Assembly (NCBI GenBank): GCA_016203665.1
Contig: JACQMJ010000005.1
Coordinates: forward strand, 1,516 to 65,515
From: Candidatus Sungiibacteriota bacterium
GTDB lineage: Bacteria; Patescibacteriota; Minisyncoccia; Sungbacterales; SURF-37
DNA: 64,000 bases
Direction: 5' to 3'
The notes below the pieces were generated by a model. It was not told the origin of the DNA. It did no database searches and worked only from the letters and a program-made list of their open reading frames with translations. The position numbers and the translations under genes were made by a program. Below, piece by piece: positions 43,752-52,551 of this stretch; within the stretch, counting starts at the first letter, position 1; each line of letters begins with the position of its first letter.

Positions 43752-44846
43752 TTAGATCTTAAATTCAATAACGTTACCGTCTTTGATAATATAGTCCCGC
43801 CCTTCGGTACGGAGCCATCCTAGTTCGCGGGCTTTAGCCCAAGAGCCGGCTTCAACAAGTTTGTCATAGGCAACTACATCGGCACGGATGAATTTTTTTT
43901 CAAAGTCAGAATGAATGGCGCGGCCGGCTTCCGGAGCGGTAGAGCCGGCGCGAATGGTCCAGGCGCGCGTCTCATCCTCGCCGGTGGTAAGGAAGGTAAT
44001 GAGTCCGAGCGTCCGGTAGCCGGTCTTGATGAGCCGGTCAAGTCCGGATTCGCCAAGGCCGAGCCAGCGCAAATATTCTTCGCGCTCGGCAGGGGAGAGC
44101 GAGTTCAATTCGTCCTCCACTTTGGCCGAGAGCACGATCCAGGAGTCGTTTTTCACTTCCGCGGCAAGTTCCGCCGCAGGCTGCCAGTTGTTTTGAACTT
44201 GCTTCTCGGAGGCGTTGAAGGCGATGATGCGCGGCTTTGCCGTCAGCAGGCCGAGTTCGCGGAGAAGCAGCACTACCTCCTCGCGGCGGTCGTTTCCTCC
44301 AAGTATGCGCGAGGCCCGCTCGCCGGCCTTGAGGCCTTTTTCAAGGCGCTGGAGCGCCTCCTGCTGTATGGCCGCCGTCTTATCGCCGGCCTTCACTTGC
44401 TTAGTCGCGGTTTCCAGGCGCTTAGCTGCGGTTTCTAAATCCTTCAGCATGAGCTCCGCTTCAATGACGCGGATGTCGGATACGGGATCCGGCTGGCCCG
44501 AAACGTGGATAATGTCCGGATCTTCAAAAACGCGCACCACCTCTAAAATGGCATCCGTCTCGCGGATATGAGAAAGGAATTTATTGCCCAGCCCCTCGCC
44601 CTCGGAGGCACCCTTGACCAAGCCGGCAATATCCACGAACTCCACGACGGCGGGAACTATTTTTTTTGAGCGCGAAAGCAGAGCAAGCTTTTCCACGCGC
44701 TCGTCGGGAACTTCAACCACCCCTACATTCGGCTCAATGGTGACAAAGGGGTAGTTCGCTATATCCACCTGCTTTTTTGTGAGCGCCCGGAAAATCGTGG
44801 ATTTGCCAACGTTCGGCAGGCCAACGATGCCGATCTTGAGCGACAT
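43752..44846 (-). CDS. ychF: redox-regulated ATPase YchF
   Basis: [18 protein letters not shown]1 motif, TGS-like C-terminus; the 137 upstream codons of the ORF are rejected. Confidence 0.95.
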   Translation of the reverse strand: MSLKIGIVGLPNVGKSTIFRALTKKQVDIANYPFVTIEPNVGVVEVPDERVEKLALLSRSKKIVPAVVEFVDIAGLVKGASEGEGLGNKFLSHIRETDAILEVVRVFEDPDIIHVSGQPDPVSDIRVIEAELMLKDLETAAKRLETATKQVKAGDKTAAIQQEALQRLEKGLKAGERASRILGGNDRREEVVLLLRELGLLTAKPRIIAFNASEKQVQNNWQPAAELAAEVKNDSWIVLSAKVEDELNSLSPAEREEYLRWLGLGESGLDRLIKTGYRTLGLITFLTTGEDETRAWTIRAGSTAPEAGRAIHSDFEKKFIRADVVAYDKLVEAGSWAKARELGWLRTEGRDYIIKDGNVIEFKI

Positions 44847-44871
44847 AACAAACAGCGTAGCAACTCGGAGA

Positions 44872-44907
44872 AATAAAAAAAGCGGCGGCTGGCGAACCCA
44901 GCCGCCG
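44872..44907 (-). terminator. Rho-independent terminator
   Basis: Minus sense GGCGGCTGG-gttcg-CCAGCCGCC followed by GCTTTTTTTATTT. Confidence 0.82.
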
Positions 44908-44917
44908 GGCGAATCTC

Positions 44918-45205
44918 CTAGCCGGCCGACGCGAGGATGCGCGAACCCTGAGCGTCGACCACGATGTACGCCGAACTTCCGACGGGAACCTGCTGAATCT
45001 CGCCCGCGGCATTGCGGGCTTCGAACACGAGGCAGGGATACTCGCCCTCCTGCGGGAAGAACGCCCTGCCGATCCCGACGCGCTCGATCTTGAGCATCTC
45101 CGGCTTCACGTTGGGCACACCAGGTATCGACGCAGAGATCGGCCCCACCAGGAAGGCATCTTGTAGTTCTTCCTGCGTGTTTGCTTCTCGTGTCCTTTTC
45201 GCCAT
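44918..45205 (-). CDS. hypothetical 95-aa protein
   Basis: AGGAGGAC SD 3 nt upstream; own terminator; no recognisable motif. Confidence 0.6.
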   Translation of the reverse strand: MAKRTREANTQEELQDAFLVGPISASIPGVPNVKPEMLKIERVGIGRAFFPQEGEYPCLVFEARNAAGEIQQVPVGSSAYIVVDAQGSRILASAG

Positions 45206-45293
45206 TATGTCCTCCTATCGCGCTGTTTTCAGCGTTCGAGCAACCGATAAACATCATAAATCAAATAGCCGATATGTCAATAGTAGCAGGCAG

Positions 45294-45329
45294 AGAAAAA
45301 ACAGCCCGGAACGCGCGCGCGTTCCGGGC
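45294..45329 (-). terminator. Rho-independent terminator
   Basis: GCCCGGAACGCG/CGCGTTCCGGGC perfect 12-bp stem followed by TGTTTTTTC. Confidence 0.85.
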
Positions 45330-45344
45330 GGGATGCCCAAACTC

Positions 45345-46643
45345 CTAGAGTCCTTCGCCAATGGTCCTGACCATCTGCATGCCGGGCCAGTGAATGAGGT
45401 GTGCCGCGTCGTATGCCCGGGCGCGGGCTTCGGCAACCGTATTGCCGATCGCATTGACGTTGAGGACGCGGCCGCCGGCGGTGCAGAGCTGGCCGTACCG
45501 GCCGTGTTCAATACCGGCCGAGAAAAGACGCACCCCCGGCATCCTGATGGCCTGTTCAAGCCCGCTGATGGCATCGCCGGTTTGGGGCTCCCCGGGATAA
45601 CCGGCCGAGGCGAGAACCAGGGTAACCGCCGGGCGGGGATTCCAATCTAGCTTCACCTCGTCCAGCCGACCGGCCAGAGCCGCCCGGAGCGCCGGATACA
45701 GGTCGCTCCACAAGCGGAGAAGAACGGCTTGCGCTTCCGGATCGCCGAACCGGCAGTTGTACTCGCAGACGTAGGGAAATCCGTCTGCAACAATGAGGCC
45801 GATGTAGAGAAACCCTACGAAGGGCGCGCCTTCTTTCTGGAGGCCACGCACCGTTGGCTTGACGATGCTCTCGATGGTGCGCCGATAGAGCGCGCTGTCA
45901 GCAAGACCATCGCTCGACACCACGCCCATGCCTCCAGTTACCCGATCGCCCATCCACTTGTGGTCCTGGGCAAGAGCAAGAGGAATATAGCATTCGCCCG
46001 CTACCAGGCAGGTGAACGAAAGCTCGAAGCCGCGGATGAAACGCTCGATGAGCGCTCGGTGAGTCCGCCGGAAAAGCGCGATAGCGGCGATGCGGGCATC
46101 TTCCCGGCTCTTGGCGATCGTGACGCCTTTTCCCTGCGCGAGCTGGTCGTCCTTTACCACGATGGGCAGAGGATGGCCTTTGAGAAAACCATCAAGCTCC
46201 GCTTCATCTCCAGGCCCGAAATGCCGATATGGCGCGGTGGGAATGTCGTGGCGGGTCATGAAGTCCTTGGCCGCGCACTTGGAGCCCTCGGTGAGCCGCG
46301 CCGCTCTGCGGGAGGGCCCGAATACGGGAACGCCCGCCATCGCAAGATCGTCCGCGATGCCCGAGACTAGTGGAAGGTCGGGACCGGGCACAACGAGCTT
46401 TGCGTTATACTCCAAGGCGAACGCCGAGATGCGGGCGCTATCCATCGCTTCGATAGCCACCGGACAAATCTTCTGCTCGACCGCCTCCACCCGACGGGGT
46501 CCGACAAGAGCCGTCATGCCGCCATTCCCCGGAAGCACGCACACCCGGCGCACGTACGGGGATTGGGCAAGCTTCCAGGCGAGCGCATGCTCTCGCCCGC
46601 CGCGGCCGAGCACAACAACGTTGGTCCTATCGTCCGTATCCAT
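45345..46643 (-). CDS. purD: phosphoribosylamine--glycine ligase (GAR synthetase)
   Basis: Collinear with E. coli PurD from memory: LGRGGREHALAWKLAQSP, GPSRRAARLEGSKCAAKDF, QDHK, EYNCRFGDPE, GGRVLNV. Confidence 0.9.
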   Translation of the reverse strand: MDTDDRTNVVVLGRGGREHALAWKLAQSPYVRRVCVLPGNGGMTALVGPRRVEAVEQKICPVAIEAMDSARISAFALEYNAKLVVPGPDLPLVSGIADDLAMAGVPVFGPSRRAARLTEGSKCAAKDFMTRHDIPTAPYRHFGPGDEAELDGFLKGHPLPIVVKDDQLAQGKGVTIAKSREDARIAAIALFRRTHRALIERFIRGFELSFTCLVAGECYIPLALAQDHKWMGDRVTGGMGVVSSDGLADSALYRRTIESIVKPTVRGLQKEGAPFVGFLYIGLIVADGFPYVCEYNCRFGDPEAQAVLLRLWSDLYPALRAALAGRLDEVKLDWNPRPAVTLVLASAGYPGEPQTGDAISGLEQAIRMPGVRLFSAGIEHGRYGQLCTAGGRVLNVNAIGNTVAEARARAYDAAHLIHWPGMQMVRTIGEGL

Positions 46644-46716
46644 ACGGTTCCTCCGTCTTTGGTTTGTGCTTTCTCTTGGTGGAAACTTCCAACTGCCCTC
46701 ACGCTACCACGGTCCC

Positions 46717-46757
46717 GAAAAAGAAAAAGGGCCCATGGACTCGACAGTCCATGGGCC
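46717..46757 (-). terminator. Rho-independent terminator of the GHKL operon
   Basis: GGCCCATGGACT-gtcg-AGTCCATGGGCC followed by CTTTTTCTTTTTC (minus sense). Confidence 0.88.
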
Positions 46758-46765
46758 GCGCGAAC

Positions 46766-48499
46766 CTACTTCGCCTTCGCCTTCCGGCCGAGCTTCCGGC
46801 CGGCAACAACGTCGCCCGTCGTGAACGTGAAGACCAGGGGCTCCACGATCCCCTCGAGGGCGATCCGCTGCTGTTCGCGGTACGACTCGGGCATGGTGTG
46901 GAGCACAAGCGCCTGGACCATAATGAGCTCCTGCAGGCGCATGACCGCGAAGCGCCCGCTCCGCTCGCAGCGCTCCACGGTTGGATGCTTGATGTTGATC
47001 CGGACGATGCCGAGTCGCTCGTCGAGATCCCAGAGCTTGTTGGGATCGACGAACTCCTCGTGGGAGAGGCCGAGCCCGAGGCTGTTGCCCCGGACCACCT
47101 TGCGGCGTGGGCCCCTGGGACCGAGGACGATGTAGGGCGTATCGCCTTCAAGCTCGGCGGGGCGGTGCTTGCCGCCCAGACCCTTCCGGTCGCGCTCGCC
47201 GCCTTCGCCGCCGCCGGGCTCTCCGTACACGCGCACTGCCGTGACATCCTGGCCGCCGCTCCGGCGGCCCACCGGCACGTGCTCGGTGGTCACGGTACCG
47301 AATCGGAACCCTTCGACCACCTGCTTCAACGCCTCGAAGCTCGGGTCGTCTAGCATGGACTCGATCACGCGGATCGAGCGCTGCCCGAGCTCCTGCAGCC
47401 GCTCCTCGCGGCGCTGCTCCTGCGCCTCCTCGTAGTACTGCTTTCCGACCTGCGCATACCACCGCCCGACGGCCCCGCAGAGGCCGACGAGCGCGGCGTC
47501 ATTCTCGAAGCGCTTGCGGCTCGCATGGAGCTTGGCCTTCTCGGTGATGATCTCGCCCTCGAAGATGCCCGAGGAGAGCGCTTCGGTCACGCCGGTATCG
47601 AGCCAATCGCGGGCGGCGTAGGCGAAGTTACCGAAGTGCAGACGGTAGTCGTCACCCTGCTCGCCGACGAGCACGCGACCCCGCCGGCCCTTCTCGGTGC
47701 GGCGGGCGATGAAGAGACGGAATGCGGTCGTACCCGCGTCCTTGTCCTGAGCGTTGAACTCCTCGAGCTTGCGCCCGGCGAAGGACTCGGCCCGGACCTC
47801 ACGTTCGATCTTCGTGCCGTCGGGCTTGGTGATCCTAACGGAGACCACCGTACCGAGACGCCGCATCACCGCCGCATAGCGATCGAGGATACCCTCGTGG
47901 AGGGAATCCACATCCACGTGGCCGATGACACGGTCATCGCTGTAGTTCTCAATACGCACCTGGGTGCGCCACGGCACCACGCTCTCGTCGCGCTTGCCCG
48001 ACGTGCCCGGCGGCGCGAAGCGGTGTTGCTTCAGCGCGACGCGGGGCAGCTCGACCGATTCGGCCTGCTTGGCGATGTCCGTCGTGACGAACGTCCACTG
48101 GTGGAACCCGCGAGGGTTGGCTTGCGGGGTCGAGGTAAAGGTGAAGTGAACACACTTCCCGAGGGGCGAGATGAGGCCGAGGCCGAAGCGCCCGAGCTTG
48201 CCCTTCGGCTTGACGGTCGAGCCGACGGAGCGGAGCGCCTGGTCGAACTTCTCGGTCGTCGCACCCCTGCCGTTATCGGAGATGGTGAGATGGCGCATCC
48301 GCTGGTTCATGTTGATCCAGACGCGTTGAGCTCCCTCGTCGAGGGCGTTCTGCACTTCCTCAAAGAGGACTTCCTGGAGCGTGGGATAGGTACCTGCCAG
48401 ACGCAGTAGCGCCTGGCCTTGGTGGAATTCGAGCCGGCTGGTGTCCATTCTTTTTCCTCTCTGCTCGTCAGCGTCAGCGCCGTGCGGCGCGACGGGCAT
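46766..48499 (-). CDS. GHKL-superfamily (MORC/HATPase_c_3-like) ATPase with long uncharacterised C-terminal region
   Basis: Bergerat motifs EEVQNALDEG, ISDNGRGAT, GRFGLGLIS; alternative SD-preceded start at 48448 (MDTSRLEF). Confidence 0.8.
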   Translation of the reverse strand: MPVAPHGADADEQRGKRMDTSRLEFHQGQALLRLAGTYPTLQEVLFEEVQNALDEGAQRVWINMNQRMRHLTISDNGRGATTEKFDQALRSVGSTVKPKGKLGRFGLGLISPLGKCVHFTFTSTPQANPRGFHQWTFVTTDIAKQAESVELPRVALKQHRFAPPGTSGKRDESVVPWRTQVRIENYSDDRVIGHVDVDSLHEGILDRYAAVMRRLGTVVSVRITKPDGTKIEREVRAESFAGRKLEEFNAQDKDAGTTAFRLFIARRTEKGRRGRVLVGEQGDDYRLHFGNFAYAARDWLDTGVTEALSSGIFEGEIITEKAKLHASRKRFENDAALVGLCGAVGRWYAQVGKQYYEEAQEQRREERLQELGQRSIRVIESMLDDPSFEALKQVVEGFRFGTVTTEHVPVGRRSGGQDVTAVRVYGEPGGGEGGERDRKGLGGKHRPAELEGDTPYIVLGPRGPRRKVVRGNSLGLGLSHEEFVDPNKLWDLDERLGIVRINIKHPTVERCERSGRFAVMRLQELIMVQALVLHTMPESYREQQRIALEGIVEPLVFTFTTGDVVAGRKLGRKAKAK

Positions 48500-49205
48500 A
48501 GGGAGCGATCCCCCGCCGCGCCATTTCGGTGCAGAGTCGTTCCATCATATTCGAGAACCGGTAAATGCCGTCGTCGCCGGCGAGCGTGCGGAGTTCCTGG
48601 CGATCTTCAGCGGTGAAATCGTCGGACAGCACGATCTCTGCGAGCGGCGTGGATGCCGCGATGAGCGCGGCGAGCGACTTCAGCACGGCTTCGCGCGCTT
48701 GCGGCCGGCTGCCCGGCAACGCGATCACCGGCGACGCCGACTTTGTCGCGGAGCGGGTGGACGCTGCCGGCGCCGAAGCGCCGATCGTCTTGAGAAGCTG
48801 CCGGGCTTTTCCGACCCACGTGGCCCTCGCCATGCTGGCGATCTTGCCGTGGAGGATGCGCAGCAGATAGTGGTCGCCCGGCACGCCGAGGGCCTGGACC
48901 GCCTCGTCGAACCCGATCCGGTCCTGGGCGATGGCGCGCCCCAGGTCGCAGACGAGCGGATCGAGCCGCTCGAGCTCCTGGACGCCGTAGTGCTCCCCTT
49001 CGAGGAAGTAGCGCGCCCTGATCATGAACTTCCCGACGGGTGGAACGCGGCCCAGTAGCCAGTCCCGCACGGTGCGCTCGTTCGCTCCGGTGAACTTCGT
49101 CATCGGGGCGCGCGCCGTCCTTCCTTCCTTGCCTTCGTTCTTGATCGTGCGCCCGTAATGCTGGAGGCACGTTTCGGTGTTGCCGCGGAACACAAGTTCA
49201 CTCAT
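48474..49205 (-). CDS. hypothetical 243-aa protein with N-terminal HTH-like segments
   Basis: AGGAG SD; ATGA overlap with upstream gene; FTGANERTVRDWLLG and IGFDEAVQALGV HTH-like stretches. Confidence 0.65.
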   Translation of the reverse strand: MSELVFRGNTETCLQHYGRTIKNEGKEGRTARAPMTKFTGANERTVRDWLLGRVPPVGKFMIRARYFLEGEHYGVQELERLDPLVCDLGRAIAQDRIGFDEAVQALGVPGDHYLLRILHGKIASMARATWVGKARQLLKTIGASAPAASTRSATKSASPVIALPGSRPQAREAVLKSLAALIAASTPLAEIVLSDDFTAEDRQELRTLAGDDGIYRFSNMMERLCTEMARRGIAPYARRAARR

Positions 49206-49519
49206 GGTTCTCTCCTTGCTCCTTCCGTTCTTTCGTGCTCGATCCTTGTGAGTGTGACCGGCCGCGCTTCAAGCGCCCGCCACCCTTTGGCGAACTGCTG
49301 GACGCGCCGCAGGCGCACGACCTGACCCTTGCGGGGGTCTTCGCCGCCGTACCAGTCGTTGAGCGAGAACGTGATGGAAGCTCCCTCCCGGATGCCGGGA
49401 TAGGGCCTACGTGGGAACGAGACGGCGAATCGCTGCCCGGTCTCGCGATATACCGCGCTGACCACGGCCTCGATTTCGCCCGGATCGGAGCGGCTTCTTT
49501 CTGTTGCCGGACCTGCCAT
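49202..49519 (-). CDS. hypothetical 105-aa protein
   Basis: AGAGGTGGG SD before ATG 49519; first gene after the promoter; beta-rich by eye. Confidence 0.6.
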   Translation of the reverse strand: MAGPATERSRSDPGEIEAVVSAVYRETGQRFAVSFPRRPYPGIREGASITFSLNDWYGGEDPRKGQVVRLRRVQQFAKGWRALEARPVTLTRIEHERTEGARREP

Positions 49520-49569
49520 AGTCCCACCTCTCTTTCTCGTTTTCTCTGGTGCTGTCAAAGGACATTCTT

Positions 49570-49598
49570 TTGATAGCAGAAAACGGTAAAAAAGTCAA
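49570..49598 (-). promoter_or_regulatory. sigma70-like promoter of the GHKL operon
   Basis: Minus-strand TTGACT-17 nt-TATCAA directly after the upstream terminator. Confidence 0.5.
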
Positions 49599-49613
49599 GA
49601 ATTCGCGCCAATA

Positions 49614-49647
49614 GAAAAACCCCGCGCGCTGACGCGTACGCGGGGGG
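49614..49647 (-). terminator. Rho-independent terminator
   Basis: CCCCGCG...CGCGGGG stem followed (minus sense) by TTTTTCTATT. Confidence 0.7.
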
Positions 49648-49669
49648 TTCGAAACCACCGAGGCGGCTG

Positions 49670-50044
49670 CTACTTCTTACGGCGACCGGGGGCCGGCTTC
49701 ATCTGGCTGACGTAAGCGCCGATCTGACGCGGCCTTACGCCGAGCTCCTTGACGAGCTCGCCGCGCGCCTTCAGGTACGCGGGCGTCCCGGCTTCGATGC
49801 CGAAGAGTCGATCCTGGATGAGCTTCTTCGCCTTCTTCGTGAGCCCCTTCTTGCGCCGGCGGCGTTTCTTGGGCCGGTTCGGCTGCGGACTACCCGGCTG
49901 CGACGCTGGCGCCGGGACTTGCCCTACCGGACTCCTGAAAAGGAGCCGGGCGGGCAGGCAGGCCGCGAGCTCCACCAGCGGGGCCGTCTCCGCCCACCGC
50001 TTCGCCGCCGGACGCAGCATGTCGGCAATCGACTGCTGTGGCAT
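49670..50044 (-). CDS. small basic protein with Lys/Arg tract and C-terminal HTH-like segment
   Basis: GGGAGGTGA SD before ATG 50044; PKKRRRRKKGLTKKAKK; ELGVRPRQIGAYVSQ; the longer ORF overlaps the HAD gene and is rejected. Confidence 0.6.
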   Translation of the reverse strand: MPQQSIADMLRPAAKRWAETAPLVELAACLPARLLFRSPVGQVPAPASQPGSPQPNRPKKRRRRKKGLTKKAKKLIQDRLFGIEAGTPAYLKARGELVKELGVRPRQIGAYVSQMKPAPGRRKK

Positions 50045-50164
50045 TAGCCTCACCTCCCTAAGTTCGAACTCAATATCGCTTGTAAAAGCAGTAGCAATAT
50101 AGATAAACTTTGTCAAGGGCTGCAAAAAAAGACCATCCACGCCGCTGCCGTGTATACTGGAGTG

Positions 50165-50938
50165 ATGAAGCTGAAAAAATCTTTCAAAGGCAAAAAACTT
50201 ATCGTTTTTGACCTTGATGGAACGCTGACTTTTTCCAAAGCGCCGATACGCCGCGATATGGTGCGGCTCCTCGAAAAATTGCTGGAACAAAAGACCGTCG
50301 CTGTCATAGGCGGCGGCAGGTACGAACAGTTCCGCCAGCAATTCATAGGCAAGGCAAAATTCAGGAAAGAGCTTATGACAAAGCTCCCGCTTTTTCCCAC
50401 TTCGGCCGCCGCTTTTTACCGCTGGCAGAACGGCTGGAAAAAGGTGTACGCGTATGAACTATCAGCTCCGGCTAAGAAGAAAATTTTTGCCGCCTTCAGA
50501 GAAGTTTTCCGCAAAATCAATTACCGGCATCCCCAAAAGGTGTACGGCCGCGTCATTGAGGACCGCAAAACGCAAATAACGTTTTCCGCGGTCGGGCAAA
50601 AAGCCCCCATTCCCATTAAAGAGCGGTGGCACGGAAAAAATGACAAGCTGCGCACGCGCCTGGCAAAACTGCTTGCCAAAAAGCTGCCAAACCTTGAAGT
50701 GCGCACTGGCGGCTCGACCTCCATTGATGTAACCAGAAAAGGTATTGACAAGGCCTACGGCATACGCCAGATACGAAAGGCCCTGCGAGTCGGCATAAAG
50801 GATATGTTATTCGTCGGCGATAGGATTTTTCCCGGCGGCAACGATTACGCCGTGGTCCGCACTGGCGTTGATTATGTAAAAGTCCGTGGGCCAGCGGAGG
50901 CAAAAAAAGTCATAAAGTTTTTGCTGGCCAAGCGGTAA
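50165..50938 (+). CDS. HAD-IIB family hydrolase (phosphomannomutase-like)
   Basis: FDLDGTLT motif I, VAVIGGGRYEQ resembles the PMM cap region, GDRIFPGGNDY motif IV. Confidence 0.78.
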   Translation: MKLKKSFKGKKLIVFDLDGTLTFSKAPIRRDMVRLLEKLLEQKTVAVIGGGRYEQFRQQFIGKAKFRKELMTKLPLFPTSAAAFYRWQNGWKKVYAYELSAPAKKKIFAAFREVFRKINYRHPQKVYGRVIEDRKTQITFSAVGQKAPIPIKERWHGKNDKLRTRLAKLLAKKLPNLEVRTGGSTSIDVTRKGIDKAYGIRQIRKALRVGIKDMLFVGDRIFPGGNDYAVVRTGVDYVKVRGPAEAKKVIKFLLAKR

Positions 50939-50959
50939 GCCGCGGCGTAACATAATTTC

Positions 50960-52015
50960 ATGGATGGACAGTTTTTGATTCTTCTTCTGGTGGTTATCGC
51001 CGGGTTTGCGGCGCTATTTTTCGCGTTTCGCGGGCGCGGCCAAAGAGGGCGGGAGGGGGAGTCGCAGGCGCTTTTAATGCTCCAGAGCCAGTTAAACGAG
51101 ATCGGCCGCGCCATTGACGCCAAGATCATTGAGTCCGCGAAACTCATGCAGTCACAGACTTCGGAGATCTCCCAGCGCACCGAGCGCATTATCCGCGACA
51201 TCACCGAGCGTCTGACGCGGGTAGATGAGGGCCAGAAACAGGTTCGGAACTTCGCCGACCAGCTGAAAAACCTGCAGGACATTTTGAAAAATCCGAAACA
51301 GCGCGGGGTGCTCGGAGAATATTATCTAGAGACCGTTCTCAAAAACGTGCTCCCGCCCGGCTCCTACCAGATGCAGTATGCCTTTCGCGACGGCGCCATA
51401 GTGGATGCCGTGATTTTTGTGAAGGACAAGATCATTCCCGTGGATTCCAAATTCTCGCTGGAAAACTATAACCGCATCTTGGGGGCCCGCGACCCGGCCG
51501 AGCGGGAGCGGATGGAGAGGGCTTTTCGGCAGGATTTAAAGAACCGCATTGACGAGACGGCAAAATACGTCAAGCCGGGAGAGGGGACCATGGATTTTGC
51601 TTTCATGTTCATTCCGGCCGAGGCTGTGTTCTACGACCTTCTAGTTAACAAGGTGGGCGTAGTGGAAACGGAGGATTTGGTGGAGTATGCCTTCCGGCAG
51701 CGCCACGTCATCATTGTCTCACCGACCTCGTTCCTGGCCTATCTGCAAACCGTTCTCCAGGGTTTGAGAGCCCTTCAGATCGAAGAATCTGCCAAGGCCA
51801 TACGAAAGAACGTGGAGGATCTGCGGCGGCATCTGGATTCTTACGAGACGCATTTCAAGCGGCTCGGCGGCCATCTCGGGACGACCGTGAACATGTATAA
51901 CACCGCCTATAAGGAGCTTGGCAAGGTGGATAAGGATGTGCTCCGCATCACGGGCAAGTCAGCCGACATTGAGCCCCTGGCCATTGCCAAACCCGCCCAA
52001 GAGGAAGAGGTCTGA
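50960..52015 (+). CDS. rmuC: DNA recombination protein RmuC
   Basis: N-terminal TM helix, long coiled coil, C-terminal nuclease-like core (DAVIFVKDKIIPVDSKFSLENY...FMFIPAEAVF). Confidence 0.88.
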   Translation: MDGQFLILLLVVIAGFAALFFAFRGRGQRGREGESQALLMLQSQLNEIGRAIDAKIIESAKLMQSQTSEISQRTERIIRDITERLTRVDEGQKQVRNFADQLKNLQDILKNPKQRGVLGEYYLETVLKNVLPPGSYQMQYAFRDGAIVDAVIFVKDKIIPVDSKFSLENYNRILGARDPAERERMERAFRQDLKNRIDETAKYVKPGEGTMDFAFMFIPAEAVFYDLLVNKVGVVETEDLVEYAFRQRHVIIVSPTSFLAYLQTVLQGLRALQIEESAKAIRKNVEDLRRHLDSYETHFKRLGGHLGTTVNMYNTAYKELGKVDKDVLRITGKSADIEPLAIAKPAQEEEV

Positions 52016-52087
52016 CTCGACAGTGTGGAGTTTATGTGCTAGAGTGGGATCGGAGCGGTCCGTGAGTTTTCGTTGCAGGAGGCCGAC

Positions 52088-52237
52088 ATGCCAAAGAGTA
52101 GGACGATGTGGGCGCTCGTTCGTCTTGAGCCCCAGCTCCTGAAGTTCCTCGTGCTGATCGCGCCGATCGTGGTTTTACACTTTTTCCGGGCGGCCGCAGG
52201 CCATTTCCGCCGGGCTTTCCATAAGGTTGAGCCATGA
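52088..52237 (+). CDS. candidate 49-aa hydrophobic small ORF (not in ORF track)
   Basis: AGGAGG 6 nt upstream; MPKSRTMWALVRLEPQLLKFLVLIAPIVVLHFF...; ATGA-coupled to the next ORF. Confidence 0.35.
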   Translation: MPKSRTMWALVRLEPQLLKFLVLIAPIVVLHFFRAAAGHFRRAFHKVEP

Positions 52238-52551
52238 GCGGCCGGGCCCGCCGGCGCACCCGCAAGTTGCTGCAAGCGTCCAGAGGGGAGGGTAGGGATC
52301 AGCTTCCTGAGCCGGCCAGAGAAGAGGCGACAGGCGGGGGAGTTCCAATTCCTCATCCACTACTGCAGCTTCCCGGCATCCCGTCAGTGAGGGTCATCAC
52401 GATTGGGGCGCCGACTGGTGCCGGTACGCCATCTGCCAGGCCGGCCATTGACCCCAGCGTCTGGAGCCGCCGGCTCATCATTAAGACGTTCAGTTTCTGG
52501 CTCCGCCCGCAGCGCGCAAACGGCGGGCCGGCAAAGCCGCCCTCCGGCTGA
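52234..52551 (+). CDS. candidate 105-aa Arg/Pro-rich ORF (doubtful)
   Basis: ATGA overlap with the small ORF and a terminator right after the stop, but the composition looks non-protein-like. Confidence 0.3.
   Translation: MSGRARRRTRKLLQASRGEGRDQLPEPAREEATGGGVPIPHPLLQLPGIPSVRVITIGAPTGAGTPSARPAIDPSVWSRRLIIKTFSFWLRPQRANGGPAKPPSG

Noticed and set aside
44847-45257. 137-codon N-terminal extension of the ychF ORF (501 aa in the track)
   Set aside because: The conserved YchF N-terminus [17 protein letters not shown] starts at 44846. The extension is Arg/Gly-rich and runs across a strong terminator and the separate SD-preceded 95-aa gene in another frame.
49636-49665. tRNA-like T-loop sequence GGGGGGTTCGAAACCACC (and GGTTCGAAATTC near 38176-38195, minus strand)
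   Set aside because: No complementary T-stem, acceptor stem or anticodon arm could be built. The first is the 3' arm region of a terminator, and the second lies in the ftsK leader.
50045-50341. Long form (223 aa) of the small basic protein ORF
   Set aside because: The upstream 99 codons overlap the HAD hydrolase gene on the opposite strand and lack an SD. ATG 50044 has GGGAGGTGA just upstream.
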